NCBI RefSeq assembly: GCF_963668215.2
Contig: NZ_CAXXDI010000001.1
Coordinates: 1,418,844-1,482,843 of the forward strand
Source: an uncultured Desulfosarcina sp.
GTDB taxonomy: Bacteria; Desulfobacterota; Desulfobacteria; Desulfobacterales; Desulfosarcinaceae
DNA length: 64,000 bases
Reading direction: 5' to 3'
The position numbers and the translations under genes are program-made. Positions 21,714 through 32,037 of this stretch are shown one piece after another. The notes under the pieces were generated by a model. It searched no databases, was not told the origin of the DNA, and saw only the letters and a list, made by a program, of their open reading frames with translations. Positions within the stretch are counted from its first letter, which is position 1. Each line of letters opens with the position of its first letter.

Positions 21714-22880
21714 TTAATAAATTTCCTGAAAAATCGAGGCAATCTCATCAGATTGGGCCTGGCGCGGATTGGTTGCCAGGCAGGGGTCCTGAAATGCAAA
21801 CTCGGCCAGTTGGGGCAGTTCTGTCAAAGCCACACCCATATCCCGCAGCCGCTGCGTGATCCCCAAGCTGCTCCGCAAAGAAGCAATCCGGTCCACGAGC
21901 GCCGCGGCGGTCTCCCCGGGTTCCTGCCCGTTTGTTCTCAATCCCATATCTCCGGCAAGCTGAATGTATTTATCGGATGCGGCTGGAAAATTGAAGCGCA
22001 CCACTTTTTCCAATAAAAGAGAATTGCATTCTCCATGGTTTAAATCTTTGGCCCCACCCAGACTGTGGGCCATGGCATGGACCAGCCCAAGGCTGGCATT
22101 GGAAAAGGCCAGACCGGCCATGAGGCTGGCCATCATCATGTTCTCCCTGAAAGTCATGTTGGCCGGTTCCCGGTAGGCTCCTTCCAGATTGTCGGCGACC
22201 AGCCGGACAGCCTGCCTGGCGGCCATATCGGTCAACGGGGAAGCGGCCGTAGATACATAGGCCTCGAAAGCGTGGCACAGGGCGTCCATGCCGGTGGCGG
22301 CCGTCAGATCCGACGGCACGGTCAATGTCGTTTCGGGATCGACCAGAGCGATATCGGGGATCACCATTTTGCTGATGATCGCAATTTTGCCTCCCCGTTC
22401 CGTGTCGGTGATGATGGCGAACTGGGAAACATCGGCCGATGACCCCGCTGTCGTGGGAATGAAGATCAGGGGCGGACCCGGACTGGGGACGGCATCCACA
22501 CCTTCGAAATCGACCACATCACCCGGATTGCCCACCACGACGCCGATCCCCTTGGCGCAGTCCATGGGGCTGCCGCCACCCACGGCCAGAATCAGGTCGC
22601 AGCCCTGGCGGCGGCAGATTTCCGCGCCCGCCATGACCTCATGATCCTTGGGGTTGGGAGAAACCGCACTGAAAACCCGGTAAGCGATGCCGGCATCTTC
22701 CAGGCTGGCTTCCACCTTTTCCATCCACCCGGCGGCAATCACCCCCGGATCGGTAACGATCAATACCTTTGACGCACCGAAATTCGCAACATGACGGCCG
22801 GCCAGCATTAACGCACCGGGGCCGTACACGATTTCCGGCACCAGGAATTTTCTCAAGCACAAGAGTGTAGACGGATCCAT
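21714..22880 (-). CDS. Iron-containing alcohol dehydrogenase-like protein (ErcA-like)
   Basis: LRKFLVPEIVYGPG N-terminus, GGGSPMD, IPTTAGSSAD, DALCHAFE, GLVHAMAHSLGG, HGECN; directly upstream of the ErcS-like kinase. Confidence 0.9.
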   Translation of the reverse strand: MDPSTLLCLRKFLVPEIVYGPGALMLAGRHVANFGASKVLIVTDPGVIAAGWMEKVEASLEDAGIAYRVFSAVSPNPKDHEVMAGAEICRRQGCDLILAVGGGSPMDCAKGIGVVVGNPGDVVDFEGVDAVPSPGPPLIFIPTTAGSSADVSQFAIITDTERGGKIAIISKMVIPDIALVDPETTLTVPSDLTAATGMDALCHAFEAYVSTAASPLTDMAARQAVRLVADNLEGAYREPANMTFRENMMMASLMAGLAFSNASLGLVHAMAHSLGGAKDLNHGECNSLLLEKVVRFNFPAASDKYIQLAGDMGLRTNGQEPGETAAALVDRIASLRSSLGITQRLRDMGVALTELPQLAEFAFQDPCLATNPRQAQSDEIASIFQEIY

Positions 22881-22982
22881 GCAATCAGCTCCCGGATCGA
22901 ACGTTTCGATTTTCAAACGGCTGTCAACCAGATCCAAAAGACGTTGTGGTTAGGATATCATATAAATTTATTTAAGCTCAAT

Positions 22983-22997
22983 AAATGATTATCATTT
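22983..22997. promoter_or_regulatory. Fur-box-like 7-1-7 inverted repeat
   Basis: AAATGAT-T-ATCATTT perfect 7-1-7 palindrome matching the core of the Fur consensus GATAATGATAATCATTATC; lies in the divergent intergenic region. Confidence 0.55.
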
Positions 22998-23227
22998 GCC
23001 AAACACCTGCCGACTTTCATGTCGACCAAAATTTGATCCCTTGACAGTCGGGAAAGAATACTAATTATTTTTTAATTCGGGCATCTACCGCATAACGGGC
23101 AGACAATCAGGCAAGCAAGATCGATCCCGGAAGGAATAACTCGCATCGATGCCTGTTTGGCAAATGACAACTCCGCCCCGCGTCGGATGGCGGAAATAAG
23201 AATCGGGTCTTTTAAGAAAGGAAATCA

Positions 23228-24928
23228 ATGGCTCAGGATATACTCATCGTCGGCGGTGTGGCTCTTGGATCAAAGGCGGCCTGCCGCTTCAAACGTCTCG
23301 AACCCGGCTCCCGCGTCACGATCATCGATCAGGATCGCTTTGTATCCTACGGCGGGTGCGGCATTCCCTTCTACGTTTCCGGCGATGTCAACGATGTCAA
23401 CGATCTGCGCAAAACCAGCTTCCACATGCTGCGCGACGAAGCTTTTTTCAAGAATTGCAAGGATATCGAAGTACTCACCCGAACCCGTGTCGAGCGCATC
23501 GACCGGGAAAACCGGCAGATCCACATCCTTCGGGAGGATGGATCCACCGATGCCTTACCCTACGACCAGCTTGTTCTGGGAACGGGCAGCAGCCCCCGGC
23601 GCCTGCCCATCCCCGGCGCGGATCTTCCCATGGTGCACACGGCATCCAACCTCAACGATGCCCAGGCCATCAAGGAACTGATGACCAACGGCAAAGTCGA
23701 GCGCGCGGTCGTCATCGGCGGGGGATTCATCGGCCTGGAAATGGCCGAGGCTCTGGCCGACATGTGGGAAGTGGAAACCACCATTGTCGAGTATACCAGC
23801 CAGATCATGCCGGGCTTCGTAAGCTCCATGTTCGCCCGTATGGCCCAGCACGAGATGGAAAAAAACGGGGTCCGCTTCTACCTTGGCGAGCAGGTCCAGG
23901 CCATTGAGGGAACCGATTCCGTAAAAGCCGTAGTGACGGACAAACGCCGGCTGGAGGCCGATCTGGTTGTCATGGCCGTCGGGGTCACCCCCAATGTGGA
24001 GCTGGCCCGGGACGCCGGCCTGACCATCGGACCCACCGGCGCCATTGCGGTGGACGAGCATCTGCGAACGTCCGACCCCACCATCTATGCCGGCGGCGAC
24101 TGCGCCGAGGTCCGCAACCTGGTGACCGGCCAGCCTGGCTATTTCCCCTTGGGCTCCATGGCCAACCGTCAAGGCCGGGTGATCGGCACCAACCTGGCCG
24201 GCGGCAACGCCCTGTTCAAGGGGGCTGTGGGCGCCTTTGCGGTGAAAACCTTCGATGCCGCCCTGGCCGGCGCCGGACTGAGCATCGAGAGCGCGCGCAA
24301 GGCCGGTTACGACGCCGTCAGCGTTCAGGCCGCCCAACTCGACCGGGCCCACTTTTATCCGAAAAAATCCATGCTGCACCTGGAATTGGTCGTGGATCGC
24401 CAATCCCGGCGCATCCTCGGTGTTCAGGGATTCGGCAAGGACGGCGATGCCGTGGTCGGCCGGATCAACGCGGTGGCCGCCATACTGGAGGACCACCCCA
24501 CCATCGATCGGCTCAGCAACGTGGAGCTGGCCTATTCACCTCCCTTCTCGTCGGCCATGGATGCCCTCAACAGCCTGGCCAATGCGGCCGAGAACATGCT
24601 GGATGGACGCTTCCAGCCCATCGACGCCGAGGGGTTCGCCCAAAAATGGTCCCAGGGCAACGGCAACCTCATGATTCTCGACTGCCGCGCCCGACAGGAT
24701 GGCGAGGCCTTTGCCGAAAAATACCCCGAGCGCTGGATCAACATTCCCCAGGACGAACTTCGGCGGCGTTTCGGGGAAGTTCCCCGGGATAAGGATCTGA
24801 TCCTGCTTTGCAACACCGGGGTGCGCTCCTACGAAGCCCAATTGAACCTCAGGGAGATGGGAATGAAAGACCCGGTCAGCGTCCAGGGTGGAATCGTGAC
24901 CTTGAAGGAATGCGGGCTGGATTTGTAA
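23228..24928 (+). CDS. FAD-dependent pyridine nucleotide-disulfide oxidoreductase with C-terminal rhodanese (CoA-disulfide/persulfide reductase-like)
   Basis: VGGVALG FAD motif, SYGGCGIP single active Cys, GGGFIGLE, IYAGGD, LAYSPPFS, rhodanese LLCNTGVRS. Confidence 0.92.
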   Translation: MAQDILIVGGVALGSKAACRFKRLEPGSRVTIIDQDRFVSYGGCGIPFYVSGDVNDVNDLRKTSFHMLRDEAFFKNCKDIEVLTRTRVERIDRENRQIHILREDGSTDALPYDQLVLGTGSSPRRLPIPGADLPMVHTASNLNDAQAIKELMTNGKVERAVVIGGGFIGLEMAEALADMWEVETTIVEYTSQIMPGFVSSMFARMAQHEMEKNGVRFYLGEQVQAIEGTDSVKAVVTDKRRLEADLVVMAVGVTPNVELARDAGLTIGPTGAIAVDEHLRTSDPTIYAGGDCAEVRNLVTGQPGYFPLGSMANRQGRVIGTNLAGGNALFKGAVGAFAVKTFDAALAGAGLSIESARKAGYDAVSVQAAQLDRAHFYPKKSMLHLELVVDRQSRRILGVQGFGKDGDAVVGRINAVAAILEDHPTIDRLSNVELAYSPPFSSAMDALNSLANAAENMLDGRFQPIDAEGFAQKWSQGNGNLMILDCRARQDGEAFAEKYPERWINIPQDELRRRFGEVPRDKDLILLCNTGVRSYEAQLNLREMGMKDPVSVQGGIVTLKECGLDL

Positions 24929-24963
24929 AGCGGCCTTGAAGACGCCCCTCCCTCAATAAACAA

Positions 24964-25017
24964 AAGGGCCCGGGTTTCAACGCCTCCGAATACTACCGGG
25001 GCTGGAACCGGGCCCTT
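24964..25017. terminator. Hairpin between convergent genes (likely bidirectional terminator)
   Basis: AAGGGCCCGG / CCGGGCCCTT stem, flanked by an A-run and a T-rich run. Confidence 0.6.
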
Positions 25018-25080
25018 CTTGTTCTGAAATGCAATTTCTACTGCTGCGCCCGATTCCGCTGGAAGACCGCCATCCGTTTT

Positions 25081-25938
25081 TTACGGCCTCCAGGCATCCT
25101 GCGGATAGCGCACCCCCCATTTATCGTAGATCGCCTTCAGTTCTCCGGATACAGCCAATTCCAGAATGCGCCGATCGAAGATGCGTATCAGCCGGTCGGA
25201 TTTTTCAGTGGGGGCGAACGCCACATAGGCATTTTCGCCCCAAAGGATCTCCAGCCGGTAGGGCTTCATGTCCATGGACTGCTCCGCGATGTAAAATTCG
25301 ATATCGATCAACGCGTCGATGTAAACGTCATAGTGTTCGCTTTTTAGCAGCAGCCATGCCCGAGCATAATCGTCCACTTCCGTCCAGCGTGAAAAATGGA
25401 CAGGCTTGAGATGGGCGAAGGTATGGTAGTCGTAGCCCCGAAGCCAAACGGCGCTTTTACCATCCAGGCTTTTCAACCCGTCCCAGGATGAAATCCGATC
25501 CTTTTTGAAAACCACGGCGGTATATTCCACAAAAAGCGGCCAGCGGGGGATGCGCTGCCCCTCTTCTTGGGCGTGTTCGCGCCATACGCAAAGCATGGCG
25601 TCTGCTTGTTTGTCGCTGACCATCAGCTGGGCCCGTTTCCAGGGAACGAAATTGAATTTCATTTCAATTCCCTCGGGAGAATACACCCGTTTCACAATCT
25701 CGAAAAAAAGTCCGCTGCCGTCGGCGTTGGTCTGCCCGTCCCACTGCGGTGTAGCGATATCGATGAAATCGGCCCCGGCAACATCTCCCGCCAAGACGGC
25801 ACCGGTGGCCGGCAGCCACAGGAAAAGGGTCAGAAAGAAAAGGATCGGAAGCGAATGCCGTGCGCGCAGGTGGGCCGCGGCAGTGAAATTCGCGCGAGGT
25901 GACGGGTTTCGGCTGGCCAAACGTGTAAGTGTTTGCAT
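25081..25938 (-). CDS. Periplasmic solute-binding protein, family 3 (polar amino-acid type)
   Basis: Signal-like hydrophobic stretch, GLFFEIVKRVY, VPWKRAQ, WLRGYDY, GELKAIYDKW. Confidence 0.85.
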   Translation of the reverse strand: MQTLTRLASRNPSPRANFTAAAHLRARHSLPILFFLTLFLWLPATGAVLAGDVAGADFIDIATPQWDGQTNADGSGLFFEIVKRVYSPEGIEMKFNFVPWKRAQLMVSDKQADAMLCVWREHAQEEGQRIPRWPLFVEYTAVVFKKDRISSWDGLKSLDGKSAVWLRGYDYHTFAHLKPVHFSRWTEVDDYARAWLLLKSEHYDVYIDALIDIEFYIAEQSMDMKPYRLEILWGENAYVAFAPTEKSDRLIRIFDRRILELAVSGELKAIYDKWGVRYPQDAWRP

Positions 25939-26248
25939 GGCAACTCCCGTTTTGCACTGCGGATGGTCAAGCGGCAGGATCACGCTTGTGGATCAATCGG
26001 GGATTTTTTCTGAAATCGGCCTCCCTTGGATAAGGAGCCTTATGTATTTGCAAAAAACAGTTACTACAAAACGGAAGTGAACACAAAGCATAAAAAAGAC
26101 GATTTGATCGACTGCTGCATCGCTTTTTGGAAAAGAATCGTTGAATGGCAAACACGGATATTGTTCTTTGGACCATGCCGTCTTATTTGCCTCCACGGGC
26201 GAAATTGCGCTATGTTGACCGGACGCAACCAAGGAGATCTGCCGAACG

Positions 26249-27136
26249 ATGTTCATAGATATAAGAGACCGCCCTTCCATCGGCCATGACGACGTCCTGG
26301 ACCTGAACTTCATCAATTCTTCGGCTCCCTGTGTATTCAGAAAGCATTTCCGTCAGGGGCTGCGATCCCACATCATGGAAATCCTCGATCCGTTGGACAT
26401 AGAGACCGAACGGAATGGGGCCATCGCCGCCGACGGCATGCGCTGGTTTCCCAAAGCCCGGCCGCAGCGCATGCTGCGCATCTTCCGCTCGCGACTGCGC
26501 ACCCTGGACAACGCCCTGAAAGAAATCGGGCGGGTGAAAACCGTCGAGCGCTACCTGGCCCCGAATTTCATGGCCACCTCTCAAGAGTGCATTGTGGACT
26601 ACCAGGGACCGGAAGGCCGGGATCTATTGCTGTGCGGTTTTCAGGAATATGTGGCCGGCAGCATTGTGGACCCGTGGACGATTCTCGACCGATCCGACCT
26701 GCTGCCGGCGCTATACGATGGCGCGGCAGGACCTGCCGATGGAGACGCCCCGCCCATGAACCGATGGGTCCGGACCGTGCGTCAAAATGCCAGGGAGTTC
26801 GTTGCGCGAATCAAGCGCATGATCGTCGAAGCCGCGACCATTCCGGACCTTGCCGGAGCCGGCAATCTGATCGTAACCGCATCCGGCGAGACCCGCCTGG
26901 TGGATATCAACAACATCTCGCCGGTCGATTTCGAGGGGGCCATTTTCCTGGACGAGAAAGGGTACCCCGTGTGCGACAAATCGATCGAAGCACTGTCCCT
27001 CATCGAAGAAAAGGTCGCCGGCCAACCGATCGACAAGTATAACGGATTGTATAAGCGCTTTTTCGATCCTGTCCGGTGGGCGGCCGTCAAGGCCAGGGAG
27101 AGAGAGTTCTGGAACCGAATCCAAAACATCGCGTGA
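26249..27136 (+). CDS. Hypothetical protein with protein-kinase-like (APH/RIO-type) motifs
   Basis: FQEYVAG hinge-like motif, PDLAGAGNLIV catalytic-loop-like motif and RLVD Mg-site-like motif. Confidence 0.7.
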   Translation: MFIDIRDRPSIGHDDVLDLNFINSSAPCVFRKHFRQGLRSHIMEILDPLDIETERNGAIAADGMRWFPKARPQRMLRIFRSRLRTLDNALKEIGRVKTVERYLAPNFMATSQECIVDYQGPEGRDLLLCGFQEYVAGSIVDPWTILDRSDLLPALYDGAAGPADGDAPPMNRWVRTVRQNAREFVARIKRMIVEAATIPDLAGAGNLIVTASGETRLVDINNISPVDFEGAIFLDEKGYPVCDKSIEALSLIEEKVAGQPIDKYNGLYKRFFDPVRWAAVKAREREFWNRIQNIA

Positions 27137-27159
27137 CATCATTGGGGCAAGGCTGTTTT

Positions 27160-28023
27160 CTACTTCTCTATCGATTGAAAGTCAGGATAAAAGGCATTCC
27201 ATTTTTCGTACAGCTTTCTGAGCGAGTCTGTTTTTATCAGTTCATCCATCCGGCTGTCGTAGATTTCGATCAGTTTTTTCGATTTTTCCGTCTTTGCAAA
27301 TCGAACGAACAGGTTTTTTACCATCACGACCTTTATCTGAAAATCAGCCAGGTCGATCTTGTTCCGATTGACGTACCTGTTGATCGCATTCAATGAATTC
27401 ATAAAAAAACCGACGCGATCCAACGCCAGCATCTTCCATCCCTGCTCGCTTTTGCTCACTTCATGATAATTCACTTTCACGGGCAGATATTTATGATAAT
27501 TGTATCCCCGCACCCAGACGACATCTTTATTTTCGATGGTAGTTACTCCGTTCCATTTCTCCACGGAGTCCGTTTTGTAAACAACGGCTGTATATTCAGT
27601 ATCTAGTGGATATTTTGGGAAAAAGGCATCGACGGTATTATACGAGCCCAACATGGCATCGCTGCTTTTCAAATCCACCCTTTTAACGGCTCTTGCCCAG
27701 GGAACAAATTCGATTTTAACCACGATCCCAACCGGCTCGTATACCATTTGCAGCAGCTCAAAATACAATCCTGTCCCGTCTTTATTGGTTATGCCCTCCC
27801 AGGCGGGCGTAACGATGTCAATTGTCGAAATTTTATTTTCTTCTGCAAATGCCACACAAGTGCTGATGGAAAAAAGAATCAGGATTTGTCCCAATCCAAA
27901 AATGAATTTCAGCTTATCGTTAAAATCGTGCAACGATGCAACCCTTTCGGCCAACCCCTTTTGTGTATATGTTCTATTAAAATAGAGAGCACTTAATAGC
28001 AAGCTTCCTCTTTCTCCACACAA
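27160..28023 (-). CDS. Solute-binding protein, family 3 (AT-rich gene; true start probably downstream of 28023)
   Basis: GLYFELLQMVY, VPWARAV, WVRGYNY, LRKLYEKW; visibly more AT-rich than its flanks. Confidence 0.85.
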   Translation of the reverse strand: MCGERGSLLLSALYFNRTYTQKGLAERVASLHDFNDKLKFIFGLGQILILFSISTCVAFAEENKISTIDIVTPAWEGITNKDGTGLYFELLQMVYEPVGIVVKIEFVPWARAVKRVDLKSSDAMLGSYNTVDAFFPKYPLDTEYTAVVYKTDSVEKWNGVTTIENKDVVWVRGYNYHKYLPVKVNYHEVSKSEQGWKMLALDRVGFFMNSLNAINRYVNRNKIDLADFQIKVVMVKNLFVRFAKTEKSKKLIEIYDSRMDELIKTDSLRKLYEKWNAFYPDFQSIEK

Positions 28024-28077
28024 CGTCGATCCACCAGAAATATCCGGCCGGCGACAGAAACGATTCCAACGGCAGCA

Positions 28078-28230
28078 TTACGGCGGCCATCGGGAAAGCA
28101 AATGCCACCTGGCACTCAATTCAATCCCGTCGCAATTGCTCAGCCTTGCCCGGCTCCGGTGTACCCCCGATTTCACGTTCAACCAAAGCAGAACGATCAC
28201 AAGAATTATAAACATCACCAGAACAGACAT
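28078..28230 (-). CDS. Small 50-aa membrane-anchored protein (below ORF-track cutoff)
   Basis: Hand translation MSVLVMFIILVIVLLWLNVKSGVHRSRARLSNCDGIELSARWHLLSRWPP; AAGGAG RBS; one N-terminal TM segment. Confidence 0.5.
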   Translation of the reverse strand: MSVLVMFIILVIVLLWLNVKSGVHRSRARLSNCDGIELSARWHLLSRWPP

Positions 28231-28414
28231 TTCCCCCTCTCCTTTTATTTACCGGCGATCTCCCCGATGGGAAAACTGGTTTGCAAAGCCGGCCGAATTA
28301 TAAAAAAGATGGGTAATGTCTGGAATGGGAATTGAATCCTTTTTGAAAGGATTCGATTAACAATTCACGGAATCACGGGGCATTGACCGTGGATTCAAAA
28401 GAATGGGGAATTCT

Positions 28415-29062
28415 TCATGGGGCTGTCGATGCACCACTGCCGCTGCGTGTGATCACGAACAGCCCGATATGGGCCAGCAGGTTGACGGCACGTTTCCAGA
28501 AAAGCCGCTTCACCCAGCGACCGCCCATGAGGTAGCGCTGGTGAACGATGTCGATCTTCTCCCTTCGGCAATAATCGAAGAAATCCTGGATGGAGAGCAC
28601 CCGGATATTGGGGGTGTCGTACCATTCGAAGGGCAGGGCCGGCGACTTGGGCGCCCGGCCGCCGAAAAACAATCCCCGGCGAAGCTGCCACTGGGCGAAA
28701 TTGGGGAATCCCAATATGCCGTATCGCCCGATGCGCAGGACCTCTTCAAGAACCAGCATGGGATGCTTGACTACCTGTAAGGTCTGGTTGAGAATCACGT
28801 AGTCGTAGGACTGGTCGGGAAAATCCGTGAGGCCGTCGTCCAGGTTGCCTTGGTAGACATTCAAGCCGCTGGCCAGGCCGTTGACCAGTTGCATGCCGTC
28901 GATGTCCAGCCCCGTGCCCCGAATTCGTTTTTCACGCACCAGTTGATTGAGCAGGCTGCAGTCTCCGCAGCCCAGATCCAGCACCCGCGCCCCTTCGGGA
29001 ACCAGGGTCAGGATCATATCCCGGTCGGTGCGGCTGAGCCGGTCCACGTATTGCGATGTCAT
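28415..29062 (-). CDS. metW: Methionine biosynthesis protein MetW (SAM-dependent methyltransferase fold)
   Basis: ATGA overlap with the metX stop; RVLDLGCGDC, YDYVILNQTL, GFPNFAQW, WYDTPNI. Confidence 0.92.
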   Translation of the reverse strand: MTSQYVDRLSRTDRDMILTLVPEGARVLDLGCGDCSLLNQLVREKRIRGTGLDIDGMQLVNGLASGLNVYQGNLDDGLTDFPDQSYDYVILNQTLQVVKHPMLVLEEVLRIGRYGILGFPNFAQWQLRRGLFFGGRAPKSPALPFEWYDTPNIRVLSIQDFFDYCRREKIDIVHQRYLMGGRWVKRLFWKRAVNLLAHIGLFVITRSGSGASTAP

Positions 29063-30198
29063 GGGGACACCTCCTCGCTCACGCCGGTGAGAAATCCGGA
29101 AACGATACGGGTCAGCTTCTCCTCCTCCAGCAAAAAGGCATCGTGCCCGTGGGGGGATTCGATATCGATAAAAGAGACATCTTTTCCCCGGGAGAGCAAT
29201 GCCCGCACGATTTCCCGGCTCTGGTCCGTTGGAAACAGCCAATCCGTGGAGTAGGAAACGAACAGGTAGCGCGCCCGGGCATCGGCAAAGGCATCTTTCA
29301 GGGGGCCGTATGTTCGGGCGATGTCGAAATAGTCCATGGCTTTGGTAATATACAGATAGCTGTTGGCGTCGAAGCGCTTGGTAAAGGCGCTGCCCTGGTA
29401 ATCCAGGTAGGACTCGATGGCGAACTCGGTGGAAAAGTTGTAGCTGAGACGGTTGGCCGACTGCAGGCGCCGGCCGAACTTCTCATCCAGCAGCAGTTCG
29501 GACAGGTAGGTAATGTGGCCCACCATGCGGGCGATGGCCAGCCCCTTTTCAGGCCCTTTGTCGTTGTAGCTGCCGCCCTGCCACTCCGGATCGCGGGTGA
29601 TGGCGCTGCGTCCCACGGCATTGAAGGCAATGGCCTGGGTGGACAGCCGCGCGGCCGAGGCGATGCAGATGGCCGACCGCACCATTTCGGGATAACGCAG
29701 GCTCCACTCCAGCACCTGGAAGCCCCCCATGGAACCGCCGGCGACGCTGTAGAGCCGGGTAATGCCCAGATGGTCGATCAGCCGCTTCTGGGCCGCCACC
29801 ATGTCGCCGATGGTTACCACGGGGAAATCCAGGCCGTAGGGTGCACCGGTTTCCGGATTGATGCTGCCCGGTCCGGTGGACCCGCGGCACCCGGCAATGA
29901 CATTGGAACAGATCACCCAGTATCGTTCGGTATCGAAGGCCTTGCCCGGACCGATCATGCCGTCCCACCAGCCCGTGTAGCGGTCGTGGGGGCTGTGAAC
30001 ACCGGCGGCGTGATGGTCGCCGGAAAGGGCGTGGCAGATCAGGATGGCGTTGCTGCGATCCTCGTTGGGCTGACCATAAGTCTCGTAGGCAATCTCAACC
30101 GGTCCCAACGTATAGCCCGACTCCAACGGCAGCGGTTTTTCGCGGCTGCCGAAAACGAAAACCTCCGGGGTGACTTGCCCGACCGATTGTCTCTCCAT
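29059..30198 (-). CDS. metX: Homoserine O-acetyltransferase
   Basis: LICHALSGD, GWWDGMIGPG, GGSMGG nucleophile elbow, FDANSY, HGHDAFL. Confidence 0.95.
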   Translation of the reverse strand: MERQSVGQVTPEVFVFGSREKPLPLESGYTLGPVEIAYETYGQPNEDRSNAILICHALSGDHHAAGVHSPHDRYTGWWDGMIGPGKAFDTERYWVICSNVIAGCRGSTGPGSINPETGAPYGLDFPVVTIGDMVAAQKRLIDHLGITRLYSVAGGSMGGFQVLEWSLRYPEMVRSAICIASAARLSTQAIAFNAVGRSAITRDPEWQGGSYNDKGPEKGLAIARMVGHITYLSELLLDEKFGRRLQSANRLSYNFSTEFAIESYLDYQGSAFTKRFDANSYLYITKAMDYFDIARTYGPLKDAFADARARYLFVSYSTDWLFPTDQSREIVRALLSRGKDVSFIDIESPHGHDAFLLEEEKLTRIVSGFLTGVSEEVSP

Positions 30199-30220
30199 TC
30201 GTCTCCTCTCCCACCTGCCG

Positions 30221-31708
<1,488 letters not shown>

Positions 31709-31765
31709 TCAATTTTTAAAAAGAAGTAAGACGGGTGGTTTCGATTGTCAAGCTGGACGACGGTG

Positions 31766-31891
31766 TTAACCCCAGCGTTGCAAAAGCCGGAGGGAGCCAG
31801 AGCCAAGGCGCCAAGGGTGAAGCCGTAGTGGTCTACTGCAATCCCTTGGCAACGCCGGATCTGGTTTCCTCCGGCTTTCCCGCCAGGGTAA
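31766..31891. repeat. Intergenic palindromic MITE/REP-like element (copy 2)
   Basis: Long nested hairpin (CCCCAGCG/CGCCAGGG; AAAGCCGGAGG/CCTCCGGCTTT; CCAAGGG/CCCTTGG) with CAAGGCG, GTAG-TGGT-CTAC and GCAACGC. Confidence 0.7.
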
Positions 31892-32037
31892 AAAAAGAGA
31901 AAATTATCGTTACCCCTGGAATACACACATGGTGCATACCAGAGCGCAGGCAAAAATAATGAATTATATATATCATTTCAAATAGTAACGAAAATTTTCG
32001 CATTTTTTATGCAACGATGGGGTTAATCCATCAACGT

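Noticed and set aside
23105-23160. SRP RNA (CCGGAAGGAA)
   Set aside because: The flanking conserved CAGG and GCAGC of SRP helix 8 are missing.
31766-31891. 6S RNA or other housekeeping ncRNA
   Set aside because: The long hairpin lacks a large central bubble and shares its bulge motifs with three other intergenic palindromes, so a repeat family fits better.
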